Position numbers and translations under genes: made by a program. Of a DNA stretch of 64,000 nt, positions 57,335-64,000 are shown piece after piece. The stretch is from an uncultured Gammaproteobacteria bacterium (GTDB taxonomy: Bacteria > Patescibacteriota > Patescibacteriia > UBA9934 > GWF2-40-263), in the NCBI GenBank assembly GCA_964538435.1, contig CAZIDX010000001.1, positions 139,304 to 203,303 on the forward strand. Direction: 5' to 3'. The stretch's first letter is position 1, and each line of letters opens with the position of its first letter. The notes under the pieces were generated by a model. It was given only the letters and a program-made list of their open reading frames with translations, searched no databases and was not told where the DNA came from.

Positions 57335-57988
57335 ATGAAACACTCGAGTAAAAAGCTTCTCATTGCCCTGCTTGGCATAAACACCCTCTTCATTGCCGCA
57401 CATCTGCTCATTCACTCTCTAGAGCTTTTTACTGAAAAGGACGTCACAACACTCGTCGCGCTCTTAAGCATGGATCTCGAATACACCCTCCCAACGTTCT
57501 TTGCAACCCTGCTCCTTGCAAGCATCTCAGGAGCATTCCTGACAATCGCTCTCAAAAAACAAACTCACAAGCTGGCCTGGTTTTCACTTTCTGCAATCTT
57601 TGCCTACCTAAGCCTAGATGAGCTCCTCGCCATCCACGAACGCCTCATCGAACCCATGCAAGCAATGCTGAGCATCTCAAGCGGGCCATTCTTTTTCGCC
57701 TGGATCATCCCGGTCTCCATTCTGATCATTCTCTTCACAGCTATCTACTGGAGATTCTTTTTCTCCCTACCAAAATCAACACGCAATCTTCTATTCCTCG
57801 CAGCCACCCTATTTGTTCTGGGTGCAATCGGAGTCGAGATGATCTCCGGTGCATACTGGCAAGCCAATAACTTTGATAACAATATTACCTATCGCATTCT
57901 AAATGCTCTTGAGGAAGGCTTGGAAAACACAGGATCAATTATTGCTCTTATCACACTTCTCAAATTTAGAACGAAAAACTCGCAGTAA
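57335..57988 (+). CDS. Integral membrane protein (about 6 TM helices)
   Basis: Hydrophobicity pattern. Confidence 0.45.
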   Translation: MKHSSKKLLIALLGINTLFIAAHLLIHSLELFTEKDVTTLVALLSMDLEYTLPTFFATLLLASISGAFLTIALKKQTHKLAWFSLSAIFAYLSLDELLAIHERLIEPMQAMLSISSGPFFFAWIIPVSILIILFTAIYWRFFFSLPKSTRNLLFLAATLFVLGAIGVEMISGAYWQANNFDNNITYRILNALEEGLENTGSIIALITLLKFRTKNSQ

Positions 57989-58019
57989 GCACTACGAGTT
58001 TTTCAAAAATACCATTCAA

Positions 58020-58328
58020 TTATTTACTCGGCCTACACATCATTTTAAAAACCACAATAAGCAAAAGAACTCCGCCTACTGTAATTCCTGTAATCGCACC
58101 TGCGCTCAAATCATAACTATTCGGTAAATAAAACATCACAAACGGAACAAACAGTAAAATAAGCACCACAAGCACCCAAGAAGCCTTTGTTATCCTCTTT
58201 TTGCAGGGAAAACACAGAATTTTTTCTTCGTACACAGCCTCTGAACCATACATTTGCGCTCTTCTAATAATCGCTTGGTCTGCAGGAACCTCTTCTTTGC
58301 AATTAGAGCATGTAACTTTTGCAGACAT
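58020..58328 (-). CDS. Zinc-ribbon protein with two C-terminal TM helices
   Basis: CSNC...CFPC ribbon followed by hydrophobic segments. Confidence 0.4.
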   Translation of the reverse strand: MSAKVTCSNCKEEVPADQAIIRRAQMYGSEAVYEEKILCFPCKKRITKASWVLVVLILLFVPFVMFYLPNSYDLSAGAITGITVGGVLLLIVVFKMMCRPSK

Positions 58329-58329
58329 A

Positions 58330-59100
58330 TTATTTCATTTTTAATTTCTTAGCACGAAGCACGAAAATCCCTGCTGCTATCACAAGCAAGACGAGAATGA
58401 TTATTAGAATCATTTTCATATTGTTCTCGAAAACAAAACCCGCTGAAGTTACCCCACTATGAAACGAGTACGTAAACATCTCAACGACATCATTGCAACT
58501 AGTCTCTTCGTCCCCAACGCCCATTTGCACATTCATGACATTATCCTCAACCTCACCTGAGTCAATATCCGCAATCTGTTCGCGTGGAACTGAAAGAACA
58601 AAAACGTTTCCTTCCACAGCATAATCATCAGACTCAAAACCATACAAAGCCTCTGGTGGCCAACTTTCATCGCTTGCCAAGTAAAGAATGCTCTCATTCA
58701 CGATTATCTCACAATCGTTTTGAGTGAACACCGCTCTATAATCGACCACCTCGTCCTGATCAACATCAATCCCAGCCCAAAATGAAACATCGTGGCACTC
58801 ACCGACCGATTCCTTATTTTCAAAAATCCAATCAAAATACATGTTCCCTTCATCATGAGTAACCGCTACCCCCTGCAAATCATACAAAAAGCCCTCATTC
58901 TCAATGTCACACCGTACCCCTGCAACATCGCTTGAACTAGATACATCTCCAGATTGATCAAGGACACTTTTCACACCCAAAGGATCAGCTGCATATGCCA
59001 CCGCAGCAAATGCAAACACAACCAAAATGCAAATCAAGACACCTAAACGTTCAAAAGTTTGGCTATTCATATACAAAAAGTATATCACAAGAACAAACAA
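58330..59100 (-). CDS. Secreted/membrane-anchored protein of unknown function
   Basis: N-terminal signal peptide and a C-terminal TM anchor. Confidence 0.4.
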   Translation of the reverse strand: MFVLVIYFLYMNSQTFERLGVLICILVVFAFAAVAYAADPLGVKSVLDQSGDVSSSSDVAGVRCDIENEGFLYDLQGVAVTHDEGNMYFDWIFENKESVGECHDVSFWAGIDVDQDEVVDYRAVFTQNDCEIIVNESILYLASDESWPPEALYGFESDDYAVEGNVFVLSVPREQIADIDSGEVEDNVMNVQMGVGDEETSCNDVVEMFTYSFHSGVTSAGFVFENNMKMILIIILVLLVIAAGIFVLRAKKLKMK

Positions 59101-59154
59101 ATTTCTCTAAAATATTTGCTATAATGTGCCCATAAACCATATTTATAACAGTCT

Positions 59155-59565
59155 ATGAAAAAACACATACAAAAACTCGTTTTTCAAGACAAAGACGGAA
59201 ACAAAACCAAAGACATGGAAGGATCTGAAACGTTAAACATTGGAGATACTTTCTCAGCAACATTAACAGAGCTTGATAATCAAGTTATCCATTACGAGGT
59301 TGTCGATAAACAAGAAAAAGAAAAAAACGAGGTCATTACAACAACATACTACCTCAAGCCAATCAAGGACGACGAATCAACGGATATCAAAAACCACCCG
59401 GTAAAAATGTGGCTCCTAATTGCTGTTGTTCTCTTTGCTGTTGCTGGAAGCATTTTAAGTTTTGAAAGCTGGCAAAAAATCGGCGGTATTTTTGTCTATC
59501 TTGCTCTATTTGCTGTGATTATGGCAATCGTTTCATTTTTCAAAAAGAAAGGTAAGGACAAATAA
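59155..59565 (+). CDS. Small membrane protein
   Basis: C-terminal pair of TM helices. Confidence 0.4.
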   Translation: MKKHIQKLVFQDKDGNKTKDMEGSETLNIGDTFSATLTELDNQVIHYEVVDKQEKEKNEVITTTYYLKPIKDDESTDIKNHPVKMWLLIAVVLFAVAGSILSFESWQKIGGIFVYLALFAVIMAIVSFFKKKGKDK

Positions 59566-59569
59566 CTCT

Positions 59570-59953
59570 ATGCGATATTTCTCACTTCTCCTGCTGCTTT
59601 TCTGTCTTGGAGGTGGATTACTGCTATCAACCAAGACCACTCATGCAGTTCCCCGAATGACAGAATTCGGAATCAACGAGACCAATCTCACTTGTGCGGA
59701 ATTTTTCATGGGCGATGAATACAGCACCTGCCACCTGCCAGATGGATGGACCGTAACTGTTGATCGTGAGTGCCCTGAAGGTTATGTGCTCATCGAAGCT
59801 GATTCGGTTTGTGATGAAACACCTGTGGTAAATCTGGAAGAAGACTTACAATCAAATACAGATGAAATCAATATCAGCTCAATCCTAAAAATCTCAATAA
59901 TCGGAATCCTGTTAATAATCGGTGCGGTGTTTCTAGTTAAAAGAAAGCAATGA
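59570..59953 (+). CDS. Secreted protein with a C-terminal TM anchor
   Basis: Signal peptide, six Cys residues, and a C-terminal hydrophobic helix followed by KRKQ. Confidence 0.4.
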   Translation: MRYFSLLLLLFCLGGGLLLSTKTTHAVPRMTEFGINETNLTCAEFFMGDEYSTCHLPDGWTVTVDRECPEGYVLIEADSVCDETPVVNLEEDLQSNTDEINISSILKISIIGILLIIGAVFLVKRKQ

Positions 59954-61014
59954 AGCGAATAAAGGACTACTTCCAATTCCGCAAAACAAAACGGTTTTAC
60001 CAAAAACATGAGCGAATGTTTGTGCCGCTCATGCTTTTGCTTGGAACAATCGCTGATTTTGTCACCTTTAGATCAATCGAGGTCTCAACAGCCTTCACTA
60101 TACTTGGTTGCTACACTATTGTGGCCAGCCTGCTTCTTCTTTACATGCATCACTATGATGCATCAAAACCTCTCATTGCAACTGCAAACTTCCGATCCCG
60201 CCTGCGCCTTATCGCGCCACTCATCGTGCAATTCATCTTTGGAGCACTGCTCTCTGCAAGCCTAGTCTTCTACTGGTTCTCAGGAAGCTTCACACACTCA
60301 TGGCTGCTCATCATTATTCTGCTCGCACTCATGGTTTCAAACGAAGTGCTGCGAGAACACTACCTCAAACCCATCGTTCAGCTCAGCGTTTTCTATTTCA
60401 CACTTATCGCCACGCTAGCTGTCGCCCTACCTTTTGTTTTTAACTCAATATCCTCACTAATCTTTGTTCTCGCAGGTGCCTCAAGCCTAATCATCATCTT
60501 TGTTTTCCTGAAAGTTTTATATCGACTCCGACCTGATCTCAAACAACTCAAACCAAACATCTTCATTCCAATCATTTCAATCTTCATTCTTTTCAATGGC
60601 GCGTACTTTCTCAACCTAATTCCCCCGACCCCACTCTCTCTGACCGAAATCGGAGTTTACAACTCAGTTGAGCGCGTTGGAAACGATTATATTCTCACTC
60701 GCGAAGATGAAACATTCACCAGCTGGCTTCTTCCAGGCACAACCATCGCAGCAAACCCAGGCGGGCGTGTGTATGTGTTCGCATCTATCTACGCACCAGT
60801 TGATCTCAACACCTCAATCACCCACGAGTGGCAATACCTCTCAAACTCTGGTTGGAAAACCATCAACGAACTGAACTACTCAATCGTGGGAGGCCGCAAA
60901 GACGGCTACCGTGGCTACTCCTACATCACAACCTTCCAGCCTGGCAAATGGCGCGTCTACGTCAAAACCCCTCGAGGCCAAGTCATAGGAAAAACCAGCT
61001 TCAAAATCAAATAG
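59950..61014 (+). CDS. Multi-pass membrane protein with a C-terminal soluble beta-rich domain
   Basis: About 7 TM helices, then an ~110-aa hydrophilic domain. Confidence 0.45.
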   Translation: MKRIKDYFQFRKTKRFYQKHERMFVPLMLLLGTIADFVTFRSIEVSTAFTILGCYTIVASLLLLYMHHYDASKPLIATANFRSRLRLIAPLIVQFIFGALLSASLVFYWFSGSFTHSWLLIIILLALMVSNEVLREHYLKPIVQLSVFYFTLIATLAVALPFVFNSISSLIFVLAGASSLIIIFVFLKVLYRLRPDLKQLKPNIFIPIISIFILFNGAYFLNLIPPTPLSLTEIGVYNSVERVGNDYILTREDETFTSWLLPGTTIAANPGGRVYVFASIYAPVDLNTSITHEWQYLSNSGWKTINELNYSIVGGRKDGYRGYSYITTFQPGKWRVYVKTPRGQVIGKTSFKIK

Positions 61015-61070
61015 CAAAAAACACCGATTCGATTCGGTGTTTTGTAATCCATCTTCTACCCTCAAATAAG

Positions 61071-61170
61071 GCACGCAGGATGTGCAAAATAAAAAACCAA
61101 GGTGGTGGTCGCCTTGTTAGCGCTAGACCCGGTTCCGCCTTGGTTTTTTATTTTGCACATCCTGCGTGCC
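61071..61170 (+). repeat. Hairpin-embedded conserved element, copy 5 (divergent core 61100..61139)
   Basis: The core aggtggtggtcgccttgttagcgctagacccggttccgcc lies in the loop of a perfect 32-bp inverted repeat (gcacgcaggatgtgcaaaataaaaaaccaagg / ccttggttttttattttgcacatcctgcgtgc). That inverted repeat also serves as the bidirectional terminator between two convergent genes. Confidence 0.7.
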
Positions 61171-61176
61171 GAATCA

Positions 61177-62058
61177 TCAAAAATATTTTTCATCCAGCAT
61201 CCTCACCACCACCTCTGAATAATCCTTATTCAGCATCGGTGATTTATTTGCTTCAAAGAACTTGATTCCGTCTTCCGTACGCACAAAGTCGACTCCGGAA
61301 AGATCTACCCCACAAGCCGCGCACGCCTTCCTACAGAGCTCTGCTTCTTCATCCGTAACCTCAGAAAACTCCCAATCAGCACCCTTGCAATAGTTGTTGT
61401 AGAAACCATCTTTTGAAGAACGCTTAATCACCCCAAGCACCTCCCCCTCAAACATAGACACACGGAAGTCATGAGTGTTTGGGATGTATTCCTGTAACAA
61501 GTATGTTTCAATTTCTTTTGATTCAATAACCTCACGCTTCTTCTCTTCGGATAAAAGAAGTCTCTCATCAAGCTCTTCCAGATTATCGATCTTCCAAACT
61601 GCCCTTCCCCTATTTCCATCTGCTTTCAGCACAAGCGGAAAGGAAATGTTTTTCAAAATGTATTCCTTGTTTGATTCGTATGCAAAACTATTAACAAGCA
61701 ACGTCTCAGGAATTGGCAGGTCATTCATATGCATCATAAACATCTGCATCATCTTCCCCACGCTCTTCGTGTGTTCCTTGTTAACAGGATCATTAAAGTA
61801 GATGTTGTTATTCTCGCAATACTTCACCATCATGCTAGGCAATAACGCTTCGTAACCTCGCATCTGAAAAAAATTCAGCGCACCCCGCAGATCAAACAAC
61901 TCATTTTCTGAAACAAACCTCGCGTCCTCACCGTCTTTAAGGTGAAGAATCATGAATCGCGTTCGTGCCCTGCTGAGCTCAATCCCCCTTTTCGGACACT
62001 CTTTTTCAAATCCCCACCGGAATTTCTTTGTCGCATTAAACAAATTGATTCTTTTCAT
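61177..62058 (-). CDS. ATP-grasp enzyme (RimK/GshB-like ligase)
   Basis: ATP-grasp motifs PLVLKADGNRGRAVWKI, LLQEYIP, and a C-terminal Mg-binding FFEANKSPM. Confidence 0.65.
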   Translation of the reverse strand: MKRINLFNATKKFRWGFEKECPKRGIELSRARTRFMILHLKDGEDARFVSENELFDLRGALNFFQMRGYEALLPSMMVKYCENNNIYFNDPVNKEHTKSVGKMMQMFMMHMNDLPIPETLLVNSFAYESNKEYILKNISFPLVLKADGNRGRAVWKIDNLEELDERLLLSEEKKREVIESKEIETYLLQEYIPNTHDFRVSMFEGEVLGVIKRSSKDGFYNNYCKGADWEFSEVTDEEAELCRKACAACGVDLSGVDFVRTEDGIKFFEANKSPMLNKDYSEVVVRMLDEKYF

Positions 62059-62190
62059 ACCCGTTTCTTAATAATCAAACCTCAATACGCGCCCAGTCTT
62101 AACACAAAACAACGAGTTTTTCTACCGATCACGCATGTAATCAATAAAAAATAGCCGAAAAACAGCTTTATCTTGAACATTGACGTGTCA

Positions 62191-62940
62191 CTAAACCAGT
62201 ATAGCAGACTCACTCAGCATGTAATCACCAACACTCACTCGCTTAAGCGAATAAAGCGCACAGCCGCAACCAAATTCTCCTCCCATCTCATGAGCAAGCG
62301 CTCTGATATACGTCCCAGACGTAACAGTTAGAGTACAGCCAATGAGTTGCACAGAGTCGTTATCAAAATCAAAATCCTCCCAGAGCTCGATGATCTCGTC
62401 TTGTCTAAAGCCTCCCCGCACTCGAGACGCTCGATCAAGAACATTCTTTTTGATCTCCTCGACATCCTCATTGTAAATCCTAACCCCCTCCACACCAAGC
62501 ACCCTCATTTCTTTTACAGGAACCTTAACCTCATCAAGTCTACCCTCCTTCACCCAGCAGTGAAGAGGCTTTCCTTTTACTCGATATGAAGAATACGGTG
62601 GGAACGGAAGATTATGAATTCCGAGCAAGAACGAACTAATCCTATCCTTAGTAATCTCGGACGAGGCTGATCCTCTCTTAATCAAACCAAGACAGTCATA
62701 CGTATCGGATTCAACACCAAGCAAAAACGTTGCTTCGTAAACCTTACTCATCTTTTGAAACGATTCCTTTTCATACCGCTCTTCACCTGAAAGCAAAATC
62801 AAAACCCCCTCTGCCATAGGATCTAGCCGGCCAGCATATGTAATGGGGTCATCTGCCAGTTCAGGTTGCATTTCCTTGAATTTATTAATCACATCAAGCG
62901 GAGACCACCCGATTGGTTTGTAAAAATTGTGTATTGGCAT
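62191..62940 (-). CDS. truB: tRNA pseudouridine(55) synthase TruB
   Basis: GRLDPMAEGVLILL catalytic-Asp motif and GTYIRALAHEMG. Confidence 0.8.
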   Translation of the reverse strand: MPIHNFYKPIGWSPLDVINKFKEMQPELADDPITYAGRLDPMAEGVLILLSGEERYEKESFQKMSKVYEATFLLGVESDTYDCLGLIKRGSASSEITKDRISSFLLGIHNLPFPPYSSYRVKGKPLHCWVKEGRLDEVKVPVKEMRVLGVEGVRIYNEDVEEIKKNVLDRASRVRGGFRQDEIIELWEDFDFDNDSVQLIGCTLTVTSGTYIRALAHEMGGEFGCGCALYSLKRVSVGDYMLSESAILV

Positions 62941-63023
62941 GACTGAAGAATAATACAGATAAGAAAAAAATGAAATTAGAAAACCAGCCCCACAAGTGAG
63001 ACTGGCGCGTTGTCGTCTAGGCC

Positions 63024-63710
63024 TTAGCCGTCCACGACTGCGATCTCGAACGGAATCTTGGCCACACCCTTGTCACCATCCGGGACCGGGCAGTAGCCTT
63101 CGTCCGAACTGGGATCTGCGTAGTAGACGGTCATGTGCTGACCATCGTTGTGTACCTCGCAGGTGACACCCGGGAACTCGGTTCCGCTCTTGAGCTTCGC
63201 GGCGTAGGTGCCGTCCTCGAAGTCGTAGCCCGGCAGCAGAGGCAGGACCAGCGACCCGTCATGGCCGGGCGCAGTGTAGATGACCGTGCTCTCGTTCCCA
63301 TGCCACGTGCCAGCACGAGGCCAGCAGGCCATGTCCGAGGCATCGAGCAGATCCAGCCCGACCTCGAGCACGTGCTGCTTACCCTTGTGGTCCGTGGCCG
63401 AGCAGGTCGCCACAGCAGGAACATCCTCGAGCGGGAACATCTCCCGCGGCAGGTCGATCAAGATCGTGAGGTCGCCCATCTCGTTGACCGCACAGGTCAT
63501 CGGGGACCAGGAGCTCTCGAGCACCTTGGTGTTGTCAGGCCGATCCAGCACAGGGATGACCTCTTCCCAGGTCTCGAAGACCAGACTGGTTTCCCCACCA
63601 TCGAAGACGAGGTCCGGGCACAGCTCGAGCGTGACACCGTCATGCGTGACGGTCGCACCCGCCTGCGCGAAGGAAGACAGAAGAACAGCGAAAGACAGAA
63701 GGAACTTCAT
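63024..63710 (-). CDS. Secreted protein (G+C-rich cassette)
   Basis: Signal peptide MKFLLSFAVLLSSFAQA. Six Cys residues. The terminator (read on - strand) ccagtctcacttgtggggctggTTTTCTAATTTC lies downstream at ~62975-63020. Confidence 0.5.
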   Translation of the reverse strand: MKFLLSFAVLLSSFAQAGATVTHDGVTLELCPDLVFDGGETSLVFETWEEVIPVLDRPDNTKVLESSWSPMTCAVNEMGDLTILIDLPREMFPLEDVPAVATCSATDHKGKQHVLEVGLDLLDASDMACWPRAGTWHGNESTVIYTAPGHDGSLVLPLLPGYDFEDGTYAAKLKSGTEFPGVTCEVHNDGQHMTVYYADPSSDEGYCPVPDGDKGVAKIPFEIAVVDG

Positions 63711-63734
63711 GAGGTTCTCAGGGGTTCGGGGTTG

Positions 63735-63980
63735 CTACTCGTAGGAGTAGTCATCGCCTTCGGCGGTTTCTGTGACGTAGGTCCAGGACCTGCACTCGCA
63801 CGAATGCGCGACAACGCACCCGTTCCAAGAGCTGCACTGAGAGAAGTAGTTCGGTAAGCCGATCTCCTCGCAGTGGGTCTTGCATTCCTCATGCTTCTCA
63901 GCACAGGTCTCGCAGTCGTCACACGACCCGGCATACACCGGAATCGTGAGAATCAACATCAGTGTCAGAAGGAGCTTCAC
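63735..63980 (-). CDS. Small Cys-rich secreted protein (81 aa, 10 Cys)
   Basis: Signal peptide MKLLLTLMLILTIPVYAGS, then CDDCETCAEKHEECKTHCEE...CSSWNGCVVAHSCEC. Confidence 0.5.
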   Translation of the reverse strand: MKLLLTLMLILTIPVYAGSCDDCETCAEKHEECKTHCEEIGLPNYFSQCSSWNGCVVAHSCECRSWTYVTETAEGDDYSYE

Positions 63981-64000
63981 TGCTTCTCCGATGTTAAATG

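Noticed and set aside
1-64000. Search for tRNA, rRNA, CRISPR arrays, integrases or transposases
   Set aside because: No cloverleaf-compatible 70-90-nt intergenic segments, no rRNA-like conserved blocks, no regularly spaced short repeats, and no recombinase/transposase-like ORFs were seen by eye. Absence is based on manual inspection only.

Overview
This is a low-G+C (about 40% by eye) bacterial chromosomal window. Recognisable housekeeping genes include a partial UvrD/PcrA-type helicase, a complete A/V-type ATP synthase operon in the archaeal gene order H-I-K-E-C-F-A-B-D, TatD, CvpA, MetRS, RsmI, an SPFH protein, a peroxiredoxin, a glutaredoxin, M17 leucyl aminopeptidase, RarA, CFA synthase, Nudix and HD hydrolases, an O-antigen-ligase-like protein, an ATP-grasp protein and TruB. 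Most of these lack Shine-Dalgarno sequences and use 'A-run, hairpin, T-run' terminators. About ten short G+C-rich cassettes (about 60% by eye) are scattered through this backbone, and they share a different regulatory grammar: near-consensus TTGACA-N16/17-TATTCT/TATATT promoters, strong AGGAGG ribosome-binding sites, and hairpin terminators that end in GGTTTTCTAATT-like tails. These cassettes encode the following: a translationally coupled vWA plus zinc-ribbon-FHA pair with a convergent unknown protein; a Pro/Glu-repeat acidic protein divergent from a 580-aa unknown protein; two MNRK micro-ORFs followed by a type IV pilin-like gene and a glycine-zipper membrane protein; a divergent PRPP-synthetase (Prs) homologue; a family-2 purine nucleoside phosphorylase homologue divergent from a 3-TM coiled-coil membrane protein and convergent with two paralogous lipoproteins; a protein with a UPRTase-like PRTase motif; and several small secreted or Cys-rich proteins. 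A second notable element is a roughly 41-nt conserved core (AGGTGGTGGTCGTCTATCCTGCGAGACGGCCCGGCTCCGCC) present in five same-orientation copies. Each copy sits in the loop of a long inverted repeat whose arms are specific to that locus, and the inner stem shows compensatory substitutions. Separately, a small PaaX/Cas2-fold-like regulator gene is bracketed exactly by palindromic direct repeats. No CRISPR array, tRNA, rRNA, integrase or transposase was found.
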